Shown here one piece after another: positions 42,320-51,622 of a stretch of 64,000 bases of DNA (within the stretch, counting starts at the first letter, position 1; the number at the start of each line of letters is the position of its first letter). The translations under genes and the position numbers were made by a program. Source of the stretch: an uncultured Aquificales bacterium (GTDB lineage: Bacteria; Aquificota; Aquificia; Aquificales; Hydrogenothermaceae); assembly GCA_964648745.1 (NCBI GenBank), contig CAZYKX010000001.1:40429-104428 (forward strand). Reading direction: 5' to 3'. Under the pieces are notes generated by a model that was given only the letters and a program-made list of their open reading frames with translations, searched no databases and was not told where the DNA came from.

Positions 42320-43258
42320 TTAAACCTCCTTTAAAATCATTTTATGTGCTTTTCCAATAAGTTCTGAATAATGGTCATAACCTTTTCTATCTAAGTGATT
42401 TCTCAAATCTTTTAAAATCTTTAAAGGTGATAACGGGTCATAAAAATTTGCCGTTCCTACCTGAATAGCTGAAGCACCAGCTAAAATATGCTGTAATGCA
42501 TCTTGATAGTTAGATATTCCACCTACACCAATGATAGGTATTTTTTTACCAAACTTTGAATATACTTGCCATATCATTCTTACAGCTATTGGAAGGATTG
42601 CTGGACCTGATAATCCACCAGTAATTGTAGATAAAAATGGTCTTTCTCTTTCTACATCTATAGCAACACCTAACAGTGTATTTATTAGAACTAATCCATC
42701 TGCATTCGCTGAAACACAAGCATCAGCTGTATCTAATATATTTGTTACATTTGGGCTTAATTTTACTATAAGTGGTTTTGTTGTTATTTTTTTTATTTTA
42801 TAAACAAGGTTATATAATACTTCTGGATCACTACCAAAAGCTATACCACCTTTTTTTACATTTGGACAAGATACGTTTAGCTCTAAACCATGGACTCCAT
42901 CAGCTTTATCTAATTTCTCTGCTACAGCTAAATACTCCTCTTCATCTTCTCCAAAAACATTAGCAAATATTTTTGTATCGTATGTTTTTAATTTTGGTAA
43001 AATCACTTCTATAAAATATTCCACACCTGGATTTTGAAGGCCTATAGAGTTTAACATTCCTGCAGGTGTTTCTATGATTCTCTCTGGCATATTACCTTTT
43101 CTTGGCTTTAAAGAAAGACCTTTAACAACTATAGCACCAAGTAAAGATAAATCATATAACTTAGACATCTCTAAACCATAACTAAAAGTACCAGAAGCTG
43201 TCCAAACAGGATTTTTAAACCTTATACCAAAAAGTTCATATTCTAACTTTTCCATCAA
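42320..43258 (-). CDS. pyrD: dihydroorotate dehydrogenase, class 1 catalytic subunit
   Basis: [19 protein letters not shown] (catalytic Cys), GGISN. Confidence 0.93.
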   Translation of the reverse strand: MMEKLEYELFGIRFKNPVWTASGTFSYGLEMSKLYDLSLLGAIVVKGLSLKPRKGNMPERIIETPAGMLNSIGLQNPGVEYFIEVILPKLKTYDTKIFANVFGEDEEEYLAVAEKLDKADGVHGLELNVSCPNVKKGGIAFGSDPEVLYNLVYKIKKITTKPLIVKLSPNVTNILDTADACVSANADGLVLINTLLGVAIDVERERPFLSTITGGLSGPAILPIAVRMIWQVYSKFGKKIPIIGVGGISNYQDALQHILAGASAIQVGTANFYDPLSPLKILKDLRNHLDRKGYDHYSELIGKAHKMILKEV

Positions 43259-43316
43259 CGTCCTCTATGGATGAATGATAAAATAATATCATACATTAAA
43301 AAATTTGAGGTATCAA

Positions 43317-44297
43317 ATGAAAAATATACTTTTAACAGGTGCTGCTGGTTTTATTGGATGGAAAACAGCTAAAATGCTTTTAGAAGAAGGTCATAACGTA
43401 ATAGGAGTAGACAATTTAAATAACTACTACGATATCAGACTAAAAGAATATAGAAAAAAGGACTTAGAAAAATATAAAAATTTTAAATTTTATCCTGTTG
43501 ATATAGAGAATATAAAAGCTTTAGAAATTCTTTTTATGGATAATAAATTTGATGCTGTAATAAACTTAGCTGCAAGGGCTGGTGTTAGATACAGTATGGT
43601 AAATCCTCATGTTTATATGACTACAAATGCTTACGGAACATTAAATTTACTTGAACTAATGAAAGGTTATAATGTTAAAAAAATGGTTTTAGCTTCAACT
43701 TCTTCACTTTATGCAGGGCAACCAATGCCATTTAAAGAAGATTTACCTGTAAACACACCTATCTCTCCTTATGCAGCATCTAAAAAAGCTGCAGAGGTTA
43801 TGGCGTATACGTATCATTATTTATATGGTATAGATGTTTCTGTAGTTAGATACTTTACTGTTTATGGTCCAGCAGGTAGACCTGATATGAGTATATTTAG
43901 ATTTATAAAGTGGATAGATGAAGGTAAACCTATTATTTTGTACGGTGATGGTTCTCAAGCAAGGGATTTTACTTATGTAGATGATATTGCTAATGGTACT
44001 ATTTTGGCTTTAAAAGATGTTGGTTATGAAATAATAAATTTAGGTGGTGGTAAAAATCCTATAAGTTTAAAGACCGTTATAGAGATGATTGAAAAATATT
44101 TAGGTAAAAAAGCAGTTATAGATTTCAAACCATTTCACAAGGCAGATTTAAAAGAAACATGGGCAGATATTACAAAAGCTAAACAACTCTTAAACTGGGA
44201 ACCAAAAATAAGCTTTGAAGAAGGGATAGAAAAAACTATTAAATGGTATATTGAAAATAGAGATTGGTTAAAAGATGTTGAAGTTGGAAATGAGTAA
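43317..44297 (+). CDS. NAD-dependent nucleotide-sugar epimerase/dehydratase (UDP-glucuronate 4-epimerase-like)
   Basis: TGAAGFIG Rossmann motif and YAASK catalytic YxxxK. ATG 43317 follows GAGG; the track start is at TTG 43305. Confidence 0.85.
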   Translation: MKNILLTGAAGFIGWKTAKMLLEEGHNVIGVDNLNNYYDIRLKEYRKKDLEKYKNFKFYPVDIENIKALEILFMDNKFDAVINLAARAGVRYSMVNPHVYMTTNAYGTLNLLELMKGYNVKKMVLASTSSLYAGQPMPFKEDLPVNTPISPYAASKKAAEVMAYTYHYLYGIDVSVVRYFTVYGPAGRPDMSIFRFIKWIDEGKPIILYGDGSQARDFTYVDDIANGTILALKDVGYEIINLGGGKNPISLKTVIEMIEKYLGKKAVIDFKPFHKADLKETWADITKAKQLLNWEPKISFEEGIEKTIKWYIENRDWLKDVEVGNE

Positions 44298-44299
44298 TT

Positions 44300-44902
44300 T
44301 TAGTTAGATTTTTGAATATTTTGATAAAAAATAGATATTAATCTATTTAAAACTTTTGTATTATAATTTTTTTCCTGAGATATTATATCTTTCAAAGGAT
44401 TTTTAATTAAAGATTTTAGTATTTCTCTTTCAACCTCATTTAAAGGTAAATGTTCTAAACTAAGTTCCCCATTTAAATATGTAAGTCTTATTAAGAATGT
44501 TAAATAAATTAAATTTTGTTTTTCTGTTTTGGATAGATAGAAAATAGATTTTTTAAAAAGTAAATATATACGTGGATCATTGTGAGGTGCATACTTATAA
44601 ATAAGATCTAAAATCTTAAATGCTGTTTCAAATCTTTCGTAATTATCTATTATCAATTGGCCAAAATGTTTTAATTTATCTATTTCTACTAAATGAACTT
44701 TATTCTTGTAAGATAAAAAGACAGCTTTAAACCACGTAAAAGGAACTAAAACTGAATAAGGGAGATTTTTTAACATTTGTCCATTTTGAATAACAATACT
44801 CTCTCTACCTTTATTTTTCATATAGACAGTTATAGATATATTCTTTTCACCAACAAAATTCCTATTTAGTACAATAGCCTCATCTTTAAAAAGATTTTCC
44901 AT
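44300..44902 (-). CDS. recO: DNA repair protein RecO (short form), tentative
   Basis: N-terminal OB-like DEAIVLNRNFVGEKNISITVY pattern. 200 aa. 1-nt overlap with the polA stop. Confidence 0.45.
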   Translation of the reverse strand: MENLFKDEAIVLNRNFVGEKNISITVYMKNKGRESIVIQNGQMLKNLPYSVLVPFTWFKAVFLSYKNKVHLVEIDKLKHFGQLIIDNYERFETAFKILDLIYKYAPHNDPRIYLLFKKSIFYLSKTEKQNLIYLTFLIRLTYLNGELSLEHLPLNEVEREILKSLIKNPLKDIISQEKNYNTKVLNRLISIFYQNIQKSN

Positions 44903-46659
44903 TACCCTTTATCCCATGTATTAGATATATTTATCTCAAACTCAATAGGCACATGTTTTAATATATACTTTCCTGCTTTTGTTAAAGCTTGCGATAAAAT
45001 TTCTTTTGTTTTCTCTACATCTTCTTCTTTTACTTCAACTAAAATCTCATCATGAACTAAATTTACAACTTTACAATCTAAATGATCTTTCATTTTATCA
45101 AACATTACATCTGCCATTTTTAAAAGATCACTACCAGATCCCTGTATAGGATAGTTTACTGCATCGGTAAATCTATAAGCTATAAGTTTCCTTCCAAGTA
45201 ATGTAGAAAGTTCTATGTAATGGTGTTTATCTAAAAACTCTTTTATACTTTCATGCCAATCTTTAAAAGATTTAAAGTAGTTAAAATAGTTATCATAGAA
45301 CTTTTTTGCTTCAGAGAGAGAAATATTAACACCGTAATTTAATCTACTATATTCAACTAATGACTTTGGAGACATACCATATATAAGTCCAAAATTTATT
45401 GCTTTTGCAAGTTGTCTTTCTTCCTTCGAAATGTTTTCGTATTTTTTTCCAGTTATAATCGATGCAGTAAATCTATGTAAATCTTTGCCTTCAATAAATG
45501 CATTTATCATATTTGTATCTTTTGTATACTCAGCGGCTATTCTAAGTTCTATCTGGGAATAGTCTGCTATTATAAACTTATAACCTTCATTTGTTTTAAA
45601 AAGATACTTTAAATTTCTTGGAATGTTTTGAAGGTTTGGTTTAAAAGAAGACATTCTTCCTGTAGAGGTTCCAATCTGTTTAAACTCACCAAAGACCCTT
45701 GAACCTTTTGTAAAATTGATAATCTCATTTAACTTATCTAAAATCTTTTTATTTGTTCTTATATTTAAGATTAATCTCACTTCTTCAATATCTATAAAAT
45801 CTCTTAAATAAATATCTTGCGAAGATATTGATCCTTTTTCTGTTTTTGGTAAAGGTATATTTAATTTTTTAGTTAGATAGTTTGATACTTGTATTGGTGA
45901 AAACGGATCTAAATTAAATTTGGTCTTTAAAGTTATATAATCTTTTTGAAATTCTGACTCTTTTTCTTTTTTTAGCTTTTTAATCTCAATAATATCAATA
46001 GGCATGCCGTTTAACTCTATATCTACTAAGGATAAAAGAAAGTTCATCTCTAAGGCTGAAACAGAATTGTATACATCGAATATTTTATAACTATAACCTG
46101 TTGCTTTTTTCAAAATACTTTCGTTGTTTAATAAATTTCTTTCTTCTTTAAATAATTCTCTTAAAACTGCTATATCTTTTGCTGCATAATTAAGCTGTTC
46201 TTCTGAAAGATTTTCAGCATTCCACACTGATTTTTGATAAGATTTATCAACCTCTTCATCTGTATAACGTTTTAATACTGCAACCAAGGAATGTTTTTGC
46301 CCACTGTCACCTTTTGATAAAATTTGAGAAGCTATCATCGTATCAAAAACTATTTTTGGGGAAATACCGAGATTTGTTTTTAAAAATTTAATATCAAACT
46401 TTAAGTTATGTCCTATTACTCCTTTTTCTTCTATCAAAGGTTTTAAATAAGTTACAACATTCTCTTTATTTAGCTTAAAAAGATCTAATATATAGATATC
46501 TTCTTCATTACCAATTTGAATAAGCCTGATTTTATCGTTAAAAAAATCTATATTTTCAAAATCTTTTACAACAACTTCAGTATCCAAATAAATGTATTTA
46601 TCTTTTTCTAAAGATTTTATCTTTTCTAAATCTTTATCTTGTGTTAGATAGTAAATCAT
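44902..46659 (-). CDS. polA: DNA polymerase I, 3'-5' exonuclease + polymerase domains only
   Basis: Exo I motif YLDTE and family-A motifs DYSQIELRIAA, AKAINFGLIYG and LVHDEILVE. At 585 aa there is no 5'-3' nuclease domain. Confidence 0.92.
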   Translation of the reverse strand: MIYYLTQDKDLEKIKSLEKDKYIYLDTEVVVKDFENIDFFNDKIRLIQIGNEEDIYILDLFKLNKENVVTYLKPLIEEKGVIGHNLKFDIKFLKTNLGISPKIVFDTMIASQILSKGDSGQKHSLVAVLKRYTDEEVDKSYQKSVWNAENLSEEQLNYAAKDIAVLRELFKEERNLLNNESILKKATGYSYKIFDVYNSVSALEMNFLLSLVDIELNGMPIDIIEIKKLKKEKESEFQKDYITLKTKFNLDPFSPIQVSNYLTKKLNIPLPKTEKGSISSQDIYLRDFIDIEEVRLILNIRTNKKILDKLNEIINFTKGSRVFGEFKQIGTSTGRMSSFKPNLQNIPRNLKYLFKTNEGYKFIIADYSQIELRIAAEYTKDTNMINAFIEGKDLHRFTASIITGKKYENISKEERQLAKAINFGLIYGMSPKSLVEYSRLNYGVNISLSEAKKFYDNYFNYFKSFKDWHESIKEFLDKHHYIELSTLLGRKLIAYRFTDAVNYPIQGSGSDLLKMADVMFDKMKDHLDCKVVNLVHDEILVEVKEEDVEKTKEILSQALTKAGKYILKHVPIEFEINISNTWDKG

Positions 46660-47224
46660 CTTTACCTATTAAAACAACGCCAATTTCCATTAAACTGTCT
46701 AAGACTTCTTTTTCTTTATTTTCAAAAACAGGTTTAATAGCATCTTTTAATAAAAATACTTGATAACCTAAATTAACACCGCCTATTGATGTATTTTTAA
46801 CACAAAAATCAGTTGCAACACCGCAAACAAAAATTCTTTTAATACCTCTTTCTTTCAATAGTGAATCTAAAACTGTGTTTTGAAATCCTGAATAAGCATC
46901 AAAATCAGGTAACGTTCCTTTTGATATTATAAATTTATTGTCTAAGGGTATTTTCAAATCTGGATGAAATTTTGCTCCTTCAGTATGCTGGGCACAATGT
47001 GAAGGCCAAATACCACCATGATCTTTAAATGATATATGATTCTCTGGATGCCAATCTCTTGTAAAGAATATTGGAAGATTTTTTTTTGAAAAAATATCTA
47101 TGTATTTATTAATTGTAGGTATTATCTCATCTGCACCTTTTACTGGTAATACACCGTAGGGCATAAAATCATTTTGCATATCCACTACTATCAGAGCATC
47201 ATTATAAGTTAATTTTAATGTCAT
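46634..47224 (-). CDS. pncA: nicotinamidase / pyrazinamidase
   Basis: Isochorismatase fold with VVDMQNDF and catalytic Cys in VCGVATDFCV. Confidence 0.85.
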   Translation of the reverse strand: MTLKLTYNDALIVVDMQNDFMPYGVLPVKGADEIIPTINKYIDIFSKKNLPIFFTRDWHPENHISFKDHGGIWPSHCAQHTEGAKFHPDLKIPLDNKFIISKGTLPDFDAYSGFQNTVLDSLLKERGIKRIFVCGVATDFCVKNTSIGGVNLGYQVFLLKDAIKPVFENKEKEVLDSLMEIGVVLIGKDDLLSNTR

Positions 47225-47574
47225 TCCTCTTCTTCCTCCTGTTTCATCTTACAGTCTATACATAAGGATGCAACAGGTCTTGCTTTTAATCTTTCATAAG
47301 GTATCTCAGCACCACAAGATTCACATATACCATATACTCCAAAATCAAATTTTTGCAATGTATATTCTATTTTTTTCAAAAGCTTTCTTTCTCTATCGAG
47401 GTTCCTTAAAGTTAAAATTCTTGACGTTTCCGCTTCAGCTCTTTCCATCTCATCAGAACCTTCAAAAGATAGAGCTTCTCCTGTATTTTGCTTTGTATCT
47501 TCAATAATCTGATTTTTCCATTCTATTAATAAATTTTTAATCTCTTCTATTTGTTCTAAAGTTAAATGTTTCAT
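47221..47574 (-). CDS. dksA: DksA/TraR-family C4 zinc-finger regulator
   Basis: Coiled-coil N-half and CESCGAEIPYERLKARPVASLCIDC zinc finger. Confidence 0.88.
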   Translation of the reverse strand: MKHLTLEQIEEIKNLLIEWKNQIIEDTKQNTGEALSFEGSDEMERAEAETSRILTLRNLDRERKLLKKIEYTLQKFDFGVYGICESCGAEIPYERLKARPVASLCIDCKMKQEEEEE

Positions 47575-47633
47575 ATTTAGACCCCTTTTAATAAAACTTA
47601 AATATGGTTAATCTTTTTATTATACCACCTGTA

Positions 47634-47664
47634 AATGTTAAATTTTAAGTTGAAATTAACATCA
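47634..47664. promoter_or_regulatory. palindromic motif ATGTTAAATTT...AAATTAACAT (copy 2)
   Basis: Shares AATGTTAAATTTTAA (15/15) and TTAACATCA (9/9) with the site at 41964-41992. The half-sites are 2 nt further apart. Confidence 0.5.
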
Positions 47665-47678
47665 ATTTATTTTATGAT
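47650..47678 (+). promoter_or_regulatory. predicted promoter of the SCO1/SenC gene
   Basis: TTGAAA (47650-47655), 17-nt spacer, TATGAT (47673-47678). The -35 element lies inside the palindromic motif. Confidence 0.5.
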
Positions 47679-47707
47679 TTAAATCAATAAATTTAGGAGG
47701 TATTAAA

Positions 47708-48340
47708 ATGACCAAAAAAGTTAAAGTATTAGTTATGTTGTTATTTTTAACTTTTTCCTTAAACAGTTTTGGTTATTCTTTACAAGGAAGTATAAAAGGT
47801 TATCCAAAAAAAGCTCCAGAAGTAGAAAATTTAGTGAATGAAGAAGGAAAACCTACAAAATTGGAAGATTTTAAAGGAAAAGTTGTAATATTATACTTTG
47901 GTTTTACAAATTGTAAACATGTATGTCCTACAGTAAATGCATTTTTAAAGCAAGTGGCAGAAAAACTTAATGAAAAAGGGTTAAAAGATAAATATAAAAT
48001 TGTTTTTATAACAGTAGATCCAAAAAGAGATACACCAGAAACTTTAAAAGCGTATAAAAAATCAAGAGAACTTAACGAGTTTACTTTTTTAACAGGAAAA
48101 GAAGAAGATCTTAAAAAAGCTTGGAATGCATATGGTATTGAAGTAAAAGAGGTAGAAGCTGGAAGTATGGAACATATGCATCACCATGGGCATAACAGCA
48201 ATGAAAAAATGATAACACATACCCCCGTAATTACATTTATCATAGATAAAAAAGGAAATATAGTGGAAGATTTTAAAGGTATATACTTACCAGTAGATAA
48301 AATAGTATCAGATGTTGAATACTTAATAAATAATCAATAA
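47708..48340 (+). CDS. SCO1/SenC-family copper chaperone (thioredoxin fold)
   Basis: Signal/anchor sequence, CKHVCP copper-binding CxxxC, conserved His in ITHTP, plus a His-rich loop MEHMHHHGHN. Confidence 0.88.
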   Translation: MTKKVKVLVMLLFLTFSLNSFGYSLQGSIKGYPKKAPEVENLVNEEGKPTKLEDFKGKVVILYFGFTNCKHVCPTVNAFLKQVAEKLNEKGLKDKYKIVFITVDPKRDTPETLKAYKKSRELNEFTFLTGKEEDLKKAWNAYGIEVKEVEAGSMEHMHHHGHNSNEKMITHTPVITFIIDKKGNIVEDFKGIYLPVDKIVSDVEYLINNQ

Positions 48341-48360
48341 GGGGTTTATCCCCTTTTTTA
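48339..48360. terminator. bidirectional terminator hairpin
   Basis: AAGGGG-TTTAT-CCCCTT followed by TTTTA. It is shared by the convergent SCO1 gene and the 53-aa ORF. Confidence 0.6.
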
Positions 48361-48519
48361 TCCATCATCTGGTAAAGATTCATCGTATCCCCATTTATAA
48401 TTGATTTCTGTTTTCTCTCTTTCTTCCCAACAATCTTTACAAAAGTAAATATCTTCTATATTTGGATCTTCTTTAAGGTTTTCTTTACACCCACACTTTA
48501 AACATTCTTTTCCTTCCAT
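48358..48519 (-). CDS. unlisted 53-aa zinc-ribbon-like small protein
   Basis: My own translation: MEGKECLKCGCKENLKEDPNIEDIYFCKDCWEEREKTEINYKWGYDESLPDDG. Two CxxC pairs. AAGGT lies 7 nt upstream of the ATG. It is shorter than any ORF listed in the supplied track. Confidence 0.5.
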   Translation of the reverse strand: MEGKECLKCGCKENLKEDPNIEDIYFCKDCWEEREKTEINYKWGYDESLPDDG

Positions 48520-48587
48520 TTTTCTACCTTTTTAATTGTCTTTAATTTTATAATATATAGAGATAATTTTTTATTTCAAAGGATAAG

Positions 48588-49163
48588 ATGATAAAAATAG
48601 TAAATCTTGGTATCATTGAGTATAATGAAGGAATAAATATAATGAAAGATTTACATAACAAAGCAGTAAAAGATAACAATAACTATCTAATAATATGTCA
48701 GCATTATGATGTTTATACTGTTGGAAAAAATGAAAATAAAAATTTTCCTGTTTCTGTTATAAAAACAGATAGAGGTGGTTCTATTACATTTCATGGTCCA
48801 GGACAACCTATTTTTTATTTTGTTTTTAAAGTAAACAGTCCAAAGAATTTTTATAAAAAAGTGGTTAAATCATTTGATTATGTATTTAAAAATTTAAATA
48901 AAGATATTTATCATTATTTTAATAATCCTGGTTTTTATATAGAAAAGAAAAAATTGGCATCTTTAGGATTTAAATTTAGTAATGGTTATTCTTTACATGG
49001 CGTTGCAGTTAATCATTCTGTTGATTTAACAAAATTTAACAAAATAAAACCATGCAATTTAGAAGGTTATACAGCTACTTCGTTAGAAAATGAGAATATA
49101 AATATAAAACTTGATGATTTTATAGAGTTAGTAAAAGATAGTGTAGTTAAAAATTTTAAGTAA
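48588..49163 (+). CDS. lipB: octanoyltransferase (lipoyl(octanoyl) transferase)
   Basis: DRGGSITFHGPGQ motif and a conserved Lys/Cys region (KIKPCNLEG). Confidence 0.85.
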   Translation: MIKIVNLGIIEYNEGINIMKDLHNKAVKDNNNYLIICQHYDVYTVGKNENKNFPVSVIKTDRGGSITFHGPGQPIFYFVFKVNSPKNFYKKVVKSFDYVFKNLNKDIYHYFNNPGFYIEKKKLASLGFKFSNGYSLHGVAVNHSVDLTKFNKIKPCNLEGYTATSLENENINIKLDDFIELVKDSVVKNFK

Positions 49164-51126
49164 TTAAGTAAGGTTTTGGCTCTCCTAAATAAAATCCTTG
49201 TGAGTAGTCTATACCTATATCTTTTACTTTTTCAAACACTTCCTTAGAGTGAACAAATTCAGCAACTGTTTTAATACCAAGTTTTTTAGCAAAGTTTACT
49301 ATAGTTTCAACAATAATTTGAGATTGGTAGTTTTTATCTATATCTTTTATAAGAGAGCTATCTATTTTGAGAAAATCAACACCTAATTTTAAGGTATGAC
49401 CAAAGTTTGAATATCCACATCCAAAATCATCTAAAGCTACTTTACAGTTAAATTCTTTTAAAATATCTATAAATTTTTTAACTTCTTCATAATTCTCAAT
49501 ACCTTCTGACTCTAAAATCTCAATTGTAAGTTTATAATTTCCTTGCTTTACTCTTTCAATGATATAATCTTTTATTTCTTCATTAAAAATATCCAATACT
49601 GATAAATTAACAGATATTTCATAGTTTTTAGCTAACTTTAAAGATTCATCAATTACTTTTTTTGTTATAGATGGATATAATCTTGATTTTTTTGCTACAT
49701 CTAAAAAGAATATAGGAGAAATTATTTTATCACCCAATTTCATTCTGATTAAACTTTCATATTTTTCAACATTTCCTGTGTGGTTATTTATTATAGGTTG
49801 ATAATATACAATAAAATTGTGATTTTTTAATGCTTCTTTTAATCTTTTTATCCATATTTGATTTTCTTGATATTTCTTTTGTATATCTAACTCTTCTTTA
49901 TATATAACATAAGGTTTTTTATGTTGTCTTGCATAGTTTAACGCCATATCTGCTCTTTCTATAATGTTTTTATAATCTTTTGCATTCCCTTCAGAAATTC
50001 CAATCGTTATATCTAACTTAATTTCAAAATCTTCTATTTCTATAGATTCAGATTCTATATAATGTATAATTTTTTTTATAAATTGATGAAAAGAAGAATC
50101 TTCTATTTTTCTATTTATGAATATAGCAAATTCATCACCACCTATCCTATATACATTATAATAACAATTTTCACAGATAGATTTAATTCTATTAGCTAAA
50201 GCTTTTAATACTTTATCACCTATTTCATAACCATAAACATCATTTATCTCTTTAAATGAATCTAAATTTATAAGAACTAACTTAGAATCTCTATAAATAT
50301 TTATATCTTCTATAAGCTTTAAACGATTTGGTAAACCAGTTAATTTATCAATAAAAAAAGCTTCTTTCTCTTTTGTAACATCTCTTTTTATACCTACGTA
50401 ATAGATAGTATTACCTTTTTCATCTTTTATAGGAAAAGCAAATAGTTCAATATCTTTTATATTTCCATACTTATCTTTTATTTCTATCTCTCCAAAATAA
50501 GAACCTTTTTCTGTTATACTTAACAACACTTTGTCAAAAGTTTCTTCAAGCATATGAACAGTTGGAGTTTTATTTCTTAATTCTTCCAAAGAATAACCTA
50601 AAAGTTCTTCATGTGCTTTATTTTGATCTATGTAGTATCCATTTGCATCAAGAATACCAACAGCATCTTTAATATTTAAAAATATTTGATATACTAATTT
50701 TAGATTTTCTTCATAAAGTTTTGTAAGATGCATTAGACTTTTATTTAACTCATCTAAATGGGTTAAATCCCTTGCATTTACAATAAGGTAAGAAATATTT
50801 CCATTCTCATCGTATATTGCATTAACATTTTTAACCACATGAAGTAATGTTCCATCTTTTTTCCTAAAAAACGTTTCCTGGTCTAAACATCTTCCTGTTG
50901 TTTCTATATTTAACATACAAGATTTGTAAATATCTTCATCTACAGCAAAATCTCTGATATGTTTTTCAACTATTTCTTCTTTTGAATAACCAAGTAAACT
51001 TGAAAACGTATCGTTACAGTAAAGAATTTTTCCATTTAAATCTATTGTAAAAATAATGTCAGGTGATTTATCAATTACTTCACATAAAATTTCTACATTT
51101 TGTTTAGCATCATGTAAAAACATCAT
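49156..51126 (-). CDS. PAS-PAS-GGDEF-EAL cyclic-di-GMP signalling protein
   Basis: Two PAS modules, RIGGDEF, and EAL-domain motifs YESLIR, DDFGCGYS and SQGFY. Confidence 0.92.
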   Translation of the reverse strand: MMFLHDAKQNVEILCEVIDKSPDIIFTIDLNGKILYCNDTFSSLLGYSKEEIVEKHIRDFAVDEDIYKSCMLNIETTGRCLDQETFFRKKDGTLLHVVKNVNAIYDENGNISYLIVNARDLTHLDELNKSLMHLTKLYEENLKLVYQIFLNIKDAVGILDANGYYIDQNKAHEELLGYSLEELRNKTPTVHMLEETFDKVLLSITEKGSYFGEIEIKDKYGNIKDIELFAFPIKDEKGNTIYYVGIKRDVTKEKEAFFIDKLTGLPNRLKLIEDINIYRDSKLVLINLDSFKEINDVYGYEIGDKVLKALANRIKSICENCYYNVYRIGGDEFAIFINRKIEDSSFHQFIKKIIHYIESESIEIEDFEIKLDITIGISEGNAKDYKNIIERADMALNYARQHKKPYVIYKEELDIQKKYQENQIWIKRLKEALKNHNFIVYYQPIINNHTGNVEKYESLIRMKLGDKIISPIFFLDVAKKSRLYPSITKKVIDESLKLAKNYEISVNLSVLDIFNEEIKDYIIERVKQGNYKLTIEILESEGIENYEEVKKFIDILKEFNCKVALDDFGCGYSNFGHTLKLGVDFLKIDSSLIKDIDKNYQSQIIVETIVNFAKKLGIKTVAEFVHSKEVFEKVKDIGIDYSQGFYLGEPKPYLIT

Positions 51127-51326
51127 TCTTTCCTCTTATAGAATGCATATTTTATATTTTTAAACCATACAACAGCCTCTTCTTTTGTATCAAAGCTTTT
51201 TGATTTAAGTGGTTGCGGATGGTTAGTATAAAAAATCCAGACATACTTATTATTTTCCTCTAATAATTTAGCACCAGCTATATTTTCCATTAGAATATAA
51301 AAATTCTCATCTATCTCTTGAAACAT
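51123..51326 (-). CDS. hypothetical 67-aa protein
   Basis: ORF whose stop overlaps the GGDEF-EAL start by 4 nt. No recognisable domain. Confidence 0.45.
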   Translation of the reverse strand: MFQEIDENFYILMENIAGAKLLEENNKYVWIFYTNHPQPLKSKSFDTKEEAVVWFKNIKYAFYKRKE

Positions 51327-51328
51327 TA

Positions 51329-51550
51329 CTAACCTTCTTTTTTCTCCAACTCCCTATATTTTTTAATAAACCATCTTACCGCTGATATAACAACGATAGT
51401 AAACACTAAAATTCCAGATATAACTTTAGAAAATGTTATATCTATATTCCATATTCTAAACATACTAAACCAAATATAAACATAAGTTAAATAAGCACCA
51501 TAAAGTAAAAGACCAACAGATAAAGCTTCCCAAAAAATCTTTCCTATCAT
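51329..51550 (-). CDS. hypothetical 73-aa two-TM membrane protein
   Basis: Two hydrophobic helices. Lies 2 nt upstream of the 67-aa ORF. Confidence 0.45.
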   Translation of the reverse strand: MIGKIFWEALSVGLLLYGAYLTYVYIWFSMFRIWNIDITFSKVISGILVFTIVVISAVRWFIKKYRELEKKEG

Positions 51551-51622
51551 ATTTACACCTTATTGTAATTTGAAAATATCTAATGTATATTTTATCATAA
51601 TGTTAAAGCTAAAGGTGAATTT

